From Octopus sinensis (Eukaryota): a stretch of 64,000 nucleotides of DNA. A program made the translations under genes and the position numbers. The stretch spans positions 28,520,001 to 28,584,000 of the forward strand of contig NC_043008.1 in the NCBI RefSeq assembly GCF_006345805.1, given 5' to 3'. Shown piece by piece: positions 40,801 through 54,960 of this stretch (the first letter of the stretch is position 1; each line of letters starts with the position of its first letter). The notes beneath the pieces were generated by a model. The model made no database searches. It saw only the letters and a program-made list of their open reading frames with translations, and was not told where the DNA came from.

Positions 40801-41575
40801 CAATATATTAGAATATTGTAGAATACGAAAACTATTGCAGTTTTCATGTCTATTCGAATCACTTATATCTATAGATTTTATTACAATATATGCATAAAAC
40901 CGCTCTTGATAATATAAACTAAATGTGAAATGGAATTGAAATTTATATGATATACAATATCTACTGTGCAATACTGAAATATTTGGCACTAAAAATAATT
41001 TTAAATGGAAGATTTGGATTTAATATCATAGAGACGTCATGTATTCATTATCTCAAGCACAGTGATACTAAAATACCATCTTAAGCGATGTGAATTCAAA
41101 TCCGCTGCTAACTTCCCTTATGTTTTCTGCTGTTTATCGTATTAGAACACTGGAATACTGCCGGTCGCGAAAAGGCCGTAAATAACTAATAGACAAAAAC
41201 ACAGATGAACCGGTTATTTGCTCTGATTATTCGTTTCATACAAAATCTGCACAATCCTAGTTTATTCTGACATGCAACAACAGAAATGTACATATAATGG
41301 TACACAAGCTATCAAAGAATACTTGGTAATTTACTTTTTACAAACTTACCTAAATACGATCTGCCTTGAAATAGTGGATACATCTATTTGAATACAAGTA
41401 ATTATTTGATCAAAGATAATGTTCCTTTCAGTGTCTAGATGGAATCATCATCCCTTTTCGACCAGTTTGGCATTTGTAATTCGTATGTTTTACTGAATCA
41501 TGATATCCTAAGTGTTGTGATGTATGTAAGTTAACTAAACAATTCCTCGATGCCTCACGTTTCTACTCCAGATTA

Positions 41576-41994
41576 TTATTTCTTTACTTCCCACAAGGGG
41601 CTAAACACAGAAGGGAGAAACAAGGACAGACAAACGGATTAAGTCGATTATATCGACCCCAGTGCGTAACAGGTACCTATTTAATCGACCCCGAAATGAT
41701 CAAAGGCAAAGTCGACCTCGGCGGAATTTGAACTCAGAACGTAGCGGCAGTCGAAATACCTATTCCTTTACTACCCACAAGGGACAAAACACAGAGGGGA
41801 CAAGCAAGGACAGACAAACGGATTAAGTAGATTACATCGACTCCAGTGCGTAACTGGTATTTAATTTATTGACCCCGAAAGGATGAAAGGCAAAGTCGAC
41901 CTCGGCAGAATTTGAACTCAGAACGTAACGGCAGATGAAATACCGCGAAGCATTTCGTCCATCTCGCTAATGATGCTGCCGGCTCGCCGCCTTC
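41576..41994 (-). mobile_element. Head-to-tail SINE pair: full copy 41761-41994 followed by a 5'-truncated copy 41576-41760
   Basis: Two aligned copies of CCCACAAGGG..GGATTAAGT.GATTA.ATCGAC..CGACCTCGGC.GAATTTGAACTCAGAACGTA. The tRNA-like head with B box GTTCAAAT is on the minus strand. Confidence 0.9.
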
Positions 41995-42040
41995 AGAATA
42001 CTAGAAGAGGCTACACGCAAAGTCGAGTATAGAAAAGTGA

Positions 42041-42105
42041 GCGTTACAGACGCTTACTAACAGATTTGATTTGAAATCAAATCTGTTAGTAAGCGTCTGT
42101 AACGC
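42041..42105. repeat. Perfect palindrome with 32-bp arms and a 1-nt spacer
   Basis: GCGTTACAGACGCTTACTAACAGATTTGATTT-G-AAATCAAATCTGTTAGTAAGCGTCTGTAACGC. Confidence 0.97.
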
Positions 42106-42390
42106 ACATTACATGAATATGTAATATCAAATTTAAGCATTAATTTATTTATGTCAACTGGAGTGGTTTAATAAAGGGCAGTCAGACCTTCATACTAGCA
42201 TGAAATATATAAAGAGCGCACTTTTGCACTTATTCAAATTTTTCCAGCGTTTAATTCTTATATGTTGCCCATGGTGGGCAAACTCGAACATGGACAAATA
42301 CACATTCATAGCTTTGTATTTCTGTTGTTTTGTTGTTCTTGCGAACCTTCCTATCTACCACTCTCTCTCCCTTTATCGTCATATATATAC

Positions 42391-42421
<31 letters not shown>

Positions 42422-42604
42422 ATATTATATATATATATATATATACATATATATACATATATATATAATATATATATATATATATTATATATTATATATA
42501 TATATATACATATATATGCATATACATATATGTATACATATATTACATATATGTACATATATATACATATATATAAATATTTATAGATACGTATATACAT
42601 ATAT

Positions 42605-43015
<411 letters not shown>

Positions 43016-43939
43016 TGAGAGATGTTTAAATGCACTTAAATATTAGACATAGCAGCAATATTGTCCTTCAAGTCAGTTTGAAGCACAATGAAATTAAGTT
43101 CTTAGTGAATCATGTATTCAATGGTAGACAAACAGCGTAAATGGCAATGCAAACTCTTATTTCTCTTTGTATAATCTCCAGAGAAATAACATTATTTGTT
43201 TTCTGATATCTTTATATAATAGCATCTCTAATCACGTTTTCTAAACTTAATACTGTGAAATAATTTTAAGTGTTCTATCCGTATCATGTAATTGAATCCA
43301 TCCCACAATATAACCTATTCACATTGGTAATATACGTCTGACTTGTCGAACAATATTTTTTATTAGCAGATGTTAACTATGTATTTCGTTTCAATTATTA
43401 TCGTGTATAAAATTTAGTTTGTAACATACTTATTTTTCGCCAACTGATTAACCACCGCTGTCTAAATATTTTGATTTATTTTTACCGCTGTTTACGATAA
43501 AACTGGTATTAACCCATTTGTAATAATTTACCTAAAGCTCTAGACAAGAGAAGGTATAAATGTTTTTGACGAATTAGAATATTTTCGATTTTGAACGATA
43601 CGTAGGGATAGTTCCGTCTCTTTGTTTTTTATTATTATTCGGAACAACCTGATGTGTTGGTGAACAATCAGCACTGTTCAAGAGGAGGACGATTAAAGAG
43701 GCAGTTGAGAAAACGTAACTAACATGGAAGATAGTGGCTCTGTGAATATTGGCTGAGTTGCCCCATGTATTAACATGCTGACATCATCATTCTTCTCCTC
43801 AACACTCTCTGAGTACTGTGAAGTCTCATGGGCGGATGCAGCCGAGGCAACAATACTGTGACCACTAGAAAGAGGTAGAAAAGACATCTGACTAAGTTGC
43901 GGAATTCTACCCCTCGTATTTCTACATAAACTTAGGATC

Positions 43940-44320
43940 ATTTCAGAGGGCCATGTGAAGCTGCCAGAGGATCTGGTCAATATCTTGCAGGAGAGCGTGA
44001 TTGCTTCGAGGCCATATATGTCGTATCTTCGGAGAGAGTTCAAAGTGGTTGTCCCAAAATTTCTCTGCTGCTGCAGGCCGAATTCTTGCCTCCTAATTCC
44101 ATTGATTGTAATCCCATAGATTACTATATGTGGGGCGCATTTGAGAAAGACACCAACACTGTCTGCAGAACCACGGCAGAGCCGGTGACCAAGATCATGG
44201 AGTGCTCGAAAATCTTCCCAATGACACGATTAAGGATGCATGCGTTCTGATCTGGAGCCCCGTTTAGGCTTTCACTATGCAAACTGAGGAAGGCTAACTT
44301 GAGTAAACTCTTATCTTGCA
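43940..44320 (+). mobile_element. maT-like transposase 3' fragment
   Basis: FLPPNSIDCNPIDYYMWGAFEKDTN at about 44085-44160 matches the motif in the 20250-21500 element. Confidence 0.8.
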
Positions 44321-44563
44321 GCCATAATCTATTTGATACAGAGTTATTTTTAAAAGATACTCTTATTTTTGGATGAGGGTATGTATTTTCTTTCCCTTTG
44401 ATACAAACTCTCAAACTTAATCCGAACAAACAGCATTCGAATTCGAAGGGATGTTTGATCTAAACAAATAACAGGGTCGAATACAAAGAGTCATAGTCTG
44501 CCTACAAATCTTTTCATGACTTTACGACTTTTCATAGTCTTCAAACGAGTAGGATATTTTCCT

Positions 44564-44620
<57 letters not shown>

Positions 44621-46414
44621 CTTTTGTGAAGGCTCTGTAGGTAAGTAGTAGCAGATCCGAGGAAATATTTAATATGAGGGACGTTGATTCTGGATTTTGA
44701 TTGTTTAAGGAATAAGTGGGGAAGGAGACGGCGTAGAAGAGAAAGGAGGAGGAGGAGGAGAAGGAAAGATGAGAAAGAAAAGAAAAATACGGGAGTCGTA
44801 TGGCAGTAGTAGACTGATCGTAGATTCGTAACCTAAAAGTGACTTGTCGTGGTTACAGTAATAATGACTGTTTCTGTATATATCTTTTTAAATATTTGCG
44901 TGGGTATTCTAAGACCCTTGCAGTAGTGTCATCTATGGTGGAAGCATTCAAAAGGAGCTTATATTTTACGATAATATTTTTAGAGTGAGAGAAAATATGT
45001 CATGACATTTTTCAGTTGCGACTTACATAGATTCACTAATCAATAATCACCCTCTGCAAATGTGGTTTGACGCTTCTACATACCTTAATTATACGAAAAT
45101 ATAGTGGGTGGCTAAGATAAACAACGTCACTGATTTTATTCATTAAAATGTATTCATTAAATTTGAAAACTTTTCCTTATTTTAAAGTCTAGATGTACAG
45201 TTTTCTATGTAAGTAATGAATTATTAGCAATTGTAAAATTCACAAACTCCACATACATCATTACTCCTCTTGGGTCTTTGTGGTTTTCGACACTGTTTAC
45301 AATTTTGTTTAAATTGTCTTTCAAATTTGGTATGTTGATTAAATTTTGTATACTAATTGTGAAAATGAAATTCATTTTTCCTGTACATCCATTATCCTTT
45401 ATAATGTTCAAAATTAAAAATTTTACAGTTATTAGCCTTTAAAATTTTCAAACTTTGGGTATTTTAGCCAATGAGAAGCAAGTATTTTGCACATCACTTT
45501 GGCAAAAATCTCTGTCGCCATAGTATCGGAAGGTGCTGCGCATGCACACAAGCAGAAAGAGATACAAGAAAGATAATATTCTACAATAATACTCTTGTGC
45601 TTTTTCGTCATCACAACACATGAATGAGAAAGCAAGGGTAATAGATGAATAAAGAAGGAAAGGATTATGGCAAACTGGTGGGAGGATGAACATTCAACCT
45701 GAAAAGAAAAATCAAACATCGTTTCAACTCTGTGTGAGTAAATATGTGTATGTGTATGCGTGTACATGGTAAGTATGTGAATGTATGTGAACATTGACAA
45801 GTGTATTAATTTGATTTACCATCCATATTTGTATACAAAATCTACAATTAGCCGTCTTTTTTTACGGCACGGGTCAGTTAATTTAATTTATAAAACCCTA
45901 GAGAGTATTGCAAACTTGCTTTCATGAATTTTTCAATTAATAAATGTCTGTTTAAACAATGCTTTGACTGTCATTTCTAGCAACTCCTGCTGGTTTGTTT
46001 GTTCATTGCTTTTAAAATATTTAATTTGCTCGTGAATGTTTTAATGTAAACTTCATTCGTGTATATTTTCATGTTTTGACTGTTATTTCTAGCAATGCTT
46101 TGACATGCCGATGCCACCCCCACCTGATGATGTAAGAGGCAGCAAATGCGTTATTTTCTCATTGGCTGAACATTCTGAAAATAGTGAAATTTTTGAACAC
46201 CTTTAACACTTTTTGAAAGCTTTTCTGGACTAAATAATCAACAAGTTCGGATTCAGAGTCAAAATTTACATCTATATGAAGCATGAGAAAATCTTTTAGT
46301 GATAATTGTAAACAATGACGTAAACCACAATGACCCCTCCTCTTAAAAAAAAGTCAATGGTTATATATGATGAAAAATTAAACCTATTTAAATATTGAGT
46401 TTATTCAGAGATTA

Positions 46415-46520
<106 letters not shown>

Positions 46521-48055
46521 CACTGACAGGAGTAAATGTCCGAATTCCGAATATATACTTTTATTCTGTTATATAATTTCACTCTGAACTAATAATAATT
46601 AAATAATTAGACTCTATCTTATTGAAACTACATACTACATTTGGGAAGATTGTTGTTAAAAAAGTTTTATGTAGCTCATATTGGGTAAATTTTTTTTATG
46701 AAGTCAAACCTTTCTAAATATATACACGCTTTATTTTATATTTTGCAGAATTATATTTATATAATGGGAACAGTTAAAGCAACTATAGTCTCGCATTTCA
46801 TTTATTTATTTTTCATTTCAGATTTTTCCCAATTTTATATTTAAAAATTGTATAGTATCAAAATGGCTCTTTAATTTTATTTCGGACTTTCGAAATGGGG
46901 AATTATTTTCTCATTTGTCACGTATCGTGGCAGACTCTGACAAACATCTTAAATTTATAATGACATCTTTATTTCCAAATAAAACTTTTAATCCCATTCT
47001 TCAATGGGGTTGCAAAACACACATAGAGCCGAACTTACTTTGAAATATTGAAACAAAATTATATATGCAGGAATTTTTATATTGAAATTTATAATTGAAG
47101 CATCTTTGTAACTTGCAGGATTTCCTTGTATACAAACCGCAATTATTTGCAGACGGTGTAGGATCATAGCAACGATGAAATCTAAGAGAAGGCATACTCG
47201 TTGTTATTCTGGGACGGTGTCAAAAACTCGTCTCGTTGCGACTAAATTTGTCAAAAACATCAGTTCTGACAGTAAGATACGGAATTTTAAATTCTAATAT
47301 ATCTCCTCACGTTGACGCTGAGTTGGGAAGGTTTAGCTACAATCAGTTGATATACAACACTAAGGGAAATATTTGCCGAAACCTGAATCGGAAAAGTAGG
47401 TGTAGAAATACATATACTCTTCATGGCTGTGATAATTTTCAATGTCTGGTTTAAAAGATTTTCTTTCACAATTGAAGCGATGAAGTCACGTACGAGGTCC
47501 TCTTTGTATTATAATATTCGACTCCAGAGAAATATTTATATTAATTATCTTTCTGAGATTTAAACGAAATTATTCTAAGTTGCTGTCATTTCAAAATGAC
47601 CGTGGCAATTTCTTGTTAAATGTGGTCCCAATTGTCTGGTATATTTTGTCCTTTATTAAATAATGTTACTTGGTAAATGATAATCGGAAATTATATCTGA
47701 CGTTTAATAGAAATACATCGGAAACTAGAAACATTTCTAGAAATAATGACATATAATTACAACCCAAAGGAATATGCTAAAGGTAGAGAAACTGAAATGG
47801 TGGAAAACAGAAAGAATTATACGTATAAGAATAAGTATTAAATACAATTATATTCCATTCTGTTTCTCCTGTGTTTATATTTGAAAGAGAATATAAGACA
47901 AATAAAACGACAAGACTAAGTATAGTTTATATGTATGTATATGAATCTTTATATGTGTGTGTGTTTGTGTGTGTGTGTGTGTTTGTATAAAATAGAATGA
48001 GACAATAAACAAAGGGTGCGTGGAATTTATAGGATATTTATAAAGAGAAAGATAG

Positions 48056-48102
48056 TCATAGAGCTGTTTCTAAGATATGAAGCATATTCCTTCATTAGGG
48101 AT
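48056..48102 (-). ncRNA. Strongly degenerate hammerhead-like motif
   Basis: Minus strand reads CUAAUGA-A-GGAAUA(UGCUUCA)UAUCUUA-GAAA-CAGCUC-U-A, with several core and helix mismatches. Confidence 0.35.
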
Positions 48103-48515
48103 TATAGGAGAGAATTAACGAAAGGGAAATAGAAGAATTCGATATAAGGAGTTATTTTGGAAAAGGAAGGATATGGGAGTAAAAATATATGAAAGATGTA
48201 AGAGTTCGATAAAAAAATAGCCTCATATATATATTTTTGCGTGTGTGTGTGTGTGTGTAGAATTTGATTTGATTAGATCTACTTTCAGCTCCTGACCTCT
48301 GACCATGCTGTAGCATCGCAATTTGGTGTTGCTTCATAAATTTAATTCACTAATTCTTACTAGTTATTGAGATTTGGTGCATAAATATACACATATGCAT
48401 GCATATATACAGATATATATGCATACCTACGTATACATATATACGTAGACACATACGTAGAAACATACATCTACATATATATATATATACATATATACAT
48501 ATACATATGTATATA

Positions 48516-48553
<38 letters not shown>

Positions 48554-48832
48554 CAACAATTGGGGGTAAAATTAATTAATTAATCAATTTCACCAAGTAT
48601 TCAGTATGCAAAGGGACCATTTAAGGCGAATTCAAATTATTACATTATATAAAAGGGCTTAGTAAAATAAATTACTTTGCCGCATACTGAACTCATTAGA
48701 AATAGCAGCTAAAAAAACTTTTTTAAAACTATTTCTAATACTTAAAGAAAACCTCTCTCATATAGTGTTTGCTCAATTCAACTCACGCAAATATGGGGTA
48801 GAGACATTACAAAATCAAGTGCAAAGGTTATT

Positions 48833-48885
48833 TGAGAACGTACGTTTCAAGATTAGTCAAAGTCGACATTTCTATCATCAGCTCA
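48833..48885 (-). ncRNA. Type-I hammerhead motif (copy 1)
   Basis: Minus strand reads UGAG-CUGAUGA-UAGA...UCUU-GAAA-CGUACG-U-U-CUCA. Helix III is the palindrome ACGUACGU. The base of helix II lacks the G10.1-C11.1 pair. Confidence 0.65.
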
Positions 48886-48990
48886 GAACTCCCTGGTTTG
48901 GATTTGAAAACACTGAAAGTGGGAGCATACCCTTTCGGCTTCCTCTCGCTTCTGAAGATCTGCTCGTAACTAACATATATATATATATGC

Positions 48991-49067
<77 letters not shown>

Positions 49068-49346
49068 CAACAATTGGGGGTAAAATTAATTAATTAATCA
49101 ATTTCACCAAGTATTCAGTATGCAAAGGGACCATTTAAGGCGAATTCAAATTATTACATTATATAAAAGGGCTTAGTAAAATAAATTACTTTGCCGCATA
49201 CTGAACTCATTAGAAATAGCAGCTAAAAAAACTTTTTTAAAACTATTTCTAATACTTAAAGAAAACCTCTCTCATATAGTGTTTGCTCAATTCAACTCAC
49301 GCAAATATGGGGTAGAGACATTACAAAATCAAGTGCAAAGGTTATT

Positions 49347-49399
49347 TGAGAACGTACGTTTCAAGATTAGTCAAAGTCGACATTTCTATCATCAGCTCA
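49347..49399 (-). ncRNA. Type-I hammerhead motif (copy 2, identical)
   Basis: Same sequence as 48833-48885, offset by 514 nt. Confidence 0.65.
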
Positions 49400-49525
49400 G
49401 AACTCCCTGGTTTGGATTTGAAAACACTGAAAGTGGGAGCATACCCTTTCGGCTTCCTCTCGCTTCTGAAGATCTGCTCGTAACTAACATATATATATAT
49501 ATGCATATGTATATATATATATATA

Positions 49526-49557
<32 letters not shown>

Positions 49558-50164
49558 GTATAATGTACACACATAAATTGAGTTGAATATGTGACGAATA
49601 ACACATATTAAATGAGTGGTGCAATAAAATTCAGAAAAGAACTATATCTGGGTGATTTCTTTAACTATAGGATCTAACTGGGATGTACAATTTAAATCCA
49701 TAGCAATCTCTATAATTTTGGATTGCAGGATGATCAGAACTGAAGTACACATATCTTTGAAGTATAAACAATGCTGGAATATAAGTTATCTCAATGTAGT
49801 ATCATATTAAGTTATGCTGTAACGAAAGAAATAGTAATGTTTTTAATGATGATACTATTACTTAATACTATTAAAGCATGGTGATTATTAGTATCATTAT
49901 TACTGTCATTAGGTGGAGGTGAACTTTATGAGAGCTGTTAGTCCATGACTAATTCACTTGTTTAAAAGGTTCTCCACAGAAAAAGAAGAAGGAGAAGAAG
50001 AAGAGTAGTCAAGAACAGAAGTAAGAAGAAAGAGGACGGCAGAAAGGAAGGAGTAAATTATCCCTCACTACGTGGATATTGTAGTAGCACAACATCGAAA
50101 GCGGAGACACTAACAAAAATGGAGTTAGCGGTGGGGAAAAGACTTTTGCAAATATCACGGTAGC

Positions 50165-51410
50165 TAAGGAATTGGTTAACATCTAATTGGAGAACAAAAT
50201 AGAAAAAGTAAACATCGCATCCATCATATACTACAGCCTTGACCTGCTCCGAGCCTGAATGGGTTGATGAAATTATTCTTCCGCCTCCAGTGATGAAAAC
50301 AGGTACCGCTTGTCACACGGTCCATTTGCTGTCAGCACCCGCTGCGTGGAGAACTGGGCATGCGTCGACATGCACAGTGATACCTTAACGGTAAGCAGGT
50401 GTGGTCACCTATTGTTGAATGCGCTTTACCGCAGCTCGTCTCTTTAACGGAGATGAAATTCTGGGTCAGGCGTAGACCAATGCAGGGGGCTTGGCAACTA
50501 AAGTGTCTCCAAGTGCTCGCAACCCTTGGTGAGTCGGGTATTGCGATCGGTGGAAGTTCCATCTTGGAGTTCTATAGGGGATTAGGAGAGGACAAGACGT
50601 ACTCGGTGAGGTCGTGGGTGGCGGGGGGAAATAAACTGGCTTGTCTCTTCCGGAGGCCTTTTGGGACAGTAACTATGGATAAATTCCAGAAATTACTGAC
50701 TTGGCAGTGCTACCTGTAGAGGGGAACCTGCCGGTTCAAGATAAGCTCTACAGGCACGGGTGTGCAGTCAATCTGGCTTGTCCGAGATGCACAAGGTGTG
50801 ATGAGACCATTGTTCTTACCCTCGTATAGTGTCAGTGGATTGCTGACTTGTGACGTTTTGTTGAACAGTTATTGTCACGTGTAGGGCGGATCCAGATATC
50901 GTCCGAGTCCATTGTGAAGACCGTCCTGCCTCTTTCCATTGGCTAGGAAAGGGAGGGAAATTCTTTTGAATTTTGTGGTTATGGCAAAAGATGATGCGTG
51001 GTTGACGCAATTGAAAGGTTTCAAGATGGGCACCATACTCTTTGGATAAGGCCTCATTGAATTTTTTAGGTTCCACCTGAAGGGAAACACTGTAAGTTTG
51101 TTGAATGCTGGGTGAATGTGGAAAGAATGGCTCGCTTGAATGAACCTTCTCTATGTTTGCGCTTGTATGCCGGATGGAAGGGAGATGAGAGGGTGGCTTC
51201 CTGAGAAGCCTTTGGTGTTAAGGGGTCCAAAGTGTTTGGCGTCTCTTTGGTTTCCTTATGTTAAGACAACATTTTGTTGATTTAATCGCTTTGCCTATTT
51301 TTTTCCTTTTTTGCTGTTTACACTTTTCAACTCACTGTCCTTCATCTGTGTATAGTCCTCTTTGTTTAGTGTTCGGCTATGGTGGCCAATAAATCAGCAT
51401 TATTATTATT
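50165..51410 (+). mobile_element. 5'-truncated L1/Tx1-clade LINE: ORF2 C-terminus, 3' UTR and tail
   Basis: Remnants NIASIIYY, VPLVTRSICCQHPLRGELGM and LPVQDKLYRHGCAVNLACPRCTRCDETI (zf-RVT-like CxxC...ET motif). AATAAA at 51388 is followed by (ATT)n. Confidence 0.8.
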
Positions 51411-51436
51411 ACTGCTGTTGTTGTTGTTGTTATTCA

Positions 51437-51660
51437 GGCAGTGATATGGGAACATGGTTAGCAAGCTGGAAGAAATGATTAGCGGTATTTCGTCCGTCGT
51501 TGTTTACTGAGTTCAAATACCGCCGAAGTTAGCTTTCCCTTTCACTATTTCGGGGTTTATAAAATAAGTACCAGTTAAACACTGGAGTCAATGTAATCGA
51601 CTATTCCGTCCCCAAAACGTTAAGGCTTTGTGTCTTTAGCAGAAAGGATTATTATTATTA
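51437..51660 (+). mobile_element. SINE (second family) with (ATT)n tail
   Basis: GAGTTCAAATACCGCCGAAG B-box region, AAATAAGTACCAGTT..GTAATCGAC core and AGAAAGGATTATTATT end. Confidence 0.8.
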
Positions 51661-51661
51661 C

Positions 51662-52214
51662 TGAATGAGAAAGCAGTGCATGTCATGAATGTGACACTGG
51701 GATAAGATATATGAAGCCCGTTATACCCATCATCACTTATCTTCTGATTAGGGTACACTAGACACATGCATCTCATCCATATGTGCGCCACCTGGTGATC
51801 TTATATGAAGATAAACAGCATATGACCTTGCAGGTGGGGCCCAGTTAGAATTTTCTTCACGTCGAGCAACCCATCCCACTCAAGAAAGTCTCTGAATAGG
51901 GGTTGTTAAATGATGGATGTTGAACGAAACATCCCATGTTTCCAGATGTGATTTATTCAAACCCAAACGAATTCTTCTCAACATATGGCAATGATGCTAA
52001 TTCTCATCTTGATCAGAGATGCACGTCTCGTCAACTGCCAAAGGGCATGCTCAATTGGTTAAGGTCAAACAACTGACAAGCAAATCTGTGGTATTGAGCA
52101 GAATGTTTGCTGTTGCCCATCTTTTATACCAAGATAAATCAATGTACATGATAACACTTCCAGTCAGTAAAGATCAGAAGCCATGACAGCCATTTCCTGG
52201 TTCTGCAATAGGGA

Positions 52215-52220
<6 letters not shown>
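51662..52220. mobile_element. Interspersed repeat of uncertain class
   Basis: GC-richer block bounded by (ATT)n arrays that I recall as a common octopus repeat. The class is not established from the sequence. Confidence 0.35.
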
Positions 52221-52289
<69 letters not shown>

Positions 52290-52330
52290 TTTATTAATAT
52301 TATTATTATTATTATAATTATCATCATTCT
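52220..52330. repeat. (ATT)n microsatellite
   Basis: Directly visible. Confidence 0.97.
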
Positions 52331-53035
52331 TATTAACATTAATTACTACATTACTACAATTAATTACTACAGTTGTTGTTGTTGTAATTTCTACTGTCAT
52401 CATCATAAATATTATCATGAAAACAATTCTATTTCAATGTAGAATATCATGTTCATCATAGAAGTATTTCACGGGAATTGTGACATGCATTTAGAAATGC
52501 CTGATCCGGAAATAAGTCAAATTGGGGTTGTAATGAAGTTTCTGCGAACGTTATGCTTTTTATATTTCGTAGCACATTTTACTTATTTTAATCTTGTATT
52601 CTTACATTTTTTTAGTATTTACTTTCGTTTTTTTTCTCTTCTACTTGCATTTAATATTTTAGAATTAAAATTACAAGTAAATAATAAGTTCAGGGAGCTT
52701 TGAATAGGATTTGTAAAATAGTCACGGCTGCAAATCGAAGATCGAATGAGTAATCACGCTTCTCAGCATGTAACATACTACTTAACAATTTCTAGTAGTC
52801 GCAGCCAAGGTGTAGGAAAATCTTCCAAATATTTACATCACGAATATTTGATGAATTATATCACTAGTATTGAAATATATGTGTGTGTATGTATGTATTT
52901 ATGTATATATGTGTGTCTGCATGTGAGTCTGTGAGTGTGTGTCTGTGTATGTGTGCGGGTGTGTTTGCATATGTATACATATATATATGTTTATGTATAT
53001 ATTTATGCATATGTGTATATATATATATATGCATA

Positions 53036-53068
<33 letters not shown>

Positions 53069-53100
53069 GTAAACACATATACATATACATGTATACATAC

Positions 53101-53155
<55 letters not shown>

Positions 53156-54123
53156 TATATATGTATATATGTATGTGTAAACACATATACATATACATGT
53201 ATACATACGTACATATATATATATATATGCACCAGCGTGAGATTTCATGTGCGTATGCATAAGTTCCGTCACTTAATTTAACTGAAGTTATACACTTATA
53301 TATTTAGATTTTCACTGTTACTGCTGTAAACGAGGACAATTTTACGCCTATATTTTAAATTACCGCCACCCAGTTGCTAACTCCTTCATAAAGTTTACAA
53401 CTCCCAACGTCTCTTTAAGATGATGAGAAACATATCAACATATTTTGTACATATGAATACGAGAAGATTAAATATACATTCACACAATAAAACGAGTGCC
53501 TACTCATAACAATTCCAGCAAAACTGAGTCACCTTAACTAAACATTGACATTTTTCATTATCAAACTTTCAGGTTTGCTTCACTTTTCATTTCCTTATAC
53601 TCATTTGCATCTAATTTTCTGAATGAATCAGTGATACACCTTGCATAGCATAGAGGATTTACAGGATGATATTTTGCTACTCATTCGAATGTTAGTATTT
53701 TGTTGTTTGAAAGATACTCTGATGTTCCTGATTATATGCCCCAGAGAGTATGCGTTCTGAAATGAGTCTTTGTATATACAAGGATTGATTTGTGAAATAC
53801 TGATATGTTGCTCTGTACATGATACCTTTCATACATCTACTATTTATTAATATGTAATACATAAGTAAGCCATTACAACTTATATTATTAATGTCTCATT
53901 CGGACAAACTGGAAAAGCTCGTATTCTATATAACATTAATTTATAGGGTCATTTACGAACCGAGGTGATAGAATTTCGAGGCCTGAGGCATAGATATTAT
54001 TTTTTATTGAAGTATGAAAATGTCATTTTTTTTATCACGTTGTTTGTTTAAAATTGCAATTTCAATATTTTCCCTGATGGTGAAACAAACTGATTCGAGT
54101 AGCATGGTTTCCGCGCAACCTTT

Positions 54124-54470
54124 CTGTACTGAAGAGGAGAATAATAGAGTAGAAATATGATTTTACATTTTTTCCCAACCCTCTTACTCCGCAGCGCGTA
54201 TACAGTTAGTCAGAGGCGGGTAGATTCGTTATTTTTTCTCTTTACCAGCGTGAGTTGTTGAGTATTGCTGTCCGGGAGATTTTCTTATGGTAGTGAAAAA
54301 ATAGTAGTTTAGCTGCTATTTCTAAATTTCGGGATGTGGTGAAGCAAATTCTTCCTGAACCCTAATTATAATTATACTCATAATTATAGAATTTTTGTAT
54401 AAGTTTACCAATAATGGTTCTTTTAACATACCGAACTACTTATTATTAATTAATTTTACCCTTTATTATA
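54124..54470 (+). mobile_element. HHR-containing element of the 4023-4350 family, with a damaged ribozyme core
   Basis: CUGUA-CUGAAGA-GGAG...CUCC-GCAG-CGCG-U-A-UACAG at 54124-54205 (GAAA replaced by GCAG). The body is homologous to the reverse complement of 4023-4285 and ends in (TA)n. Confidence 0.75.
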
Positions 54471-54490
54471 TATATGTATGTATGTATATG

Positions 54491-54623
<133 letters not shown>

Positions 54624-54907
54624 GTATATACACACAAAGTATATAATTATAAAATTATATATATATAATACGAGTAACTGCCAAGTAATATGCCTCATGT
54701 TAGACGAAGACGCCACAAGGATCTAAAACTACACTATCACATAGACACGGTAAGAATGTGAGGGAATGAACAAAAAAGAATAAAAAAAAAATTTTAGCCA
54801 TAAATCAATTCCTGGTTTAGTGTTGTCATCCCATTTTACCGTCCTCAGTATGACAACAAAAACTACACAATTATAAACATTTATACATACCATACGAATA
54901 CAATGAA

Positions 54908-54960
54908 TACACTGAATATAGTACATTCTGTGCACTAATTACGAAATCATATGGTATGCA
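54908..54960 (+). ncRNA. Partner hammerhead motif with a deletion of about 5 nt in the core
   Basis: UACA-CUGA[missing about UGAGU]..UAGUACA-UUCUG-UGCACUA-AUUAC-GAAA-UCAUAUGG-U-A-UGCA. Confidence 0.65.

Larger units (their letters stand above)
48551..49489 (-). mobile_element. Tandem dimer (period 514 bp) of an HHR-containing element
   Basis: 48551-48975 and 49065-49489 appear identical and are separated by (TA)n. They are distantly related to 4023-4350 (GGGTAAAATTAATTAATTAAT end, TAGAAATAGCAGC). Confidence 0.9.

Noticed and set aside
46120-46160. CUGAUGAU...AAAUGCGUU hammerhead-like remnant
   Set aside because: There is no convincing helix II, GAAA or helix I, so it is too degenerate to call.
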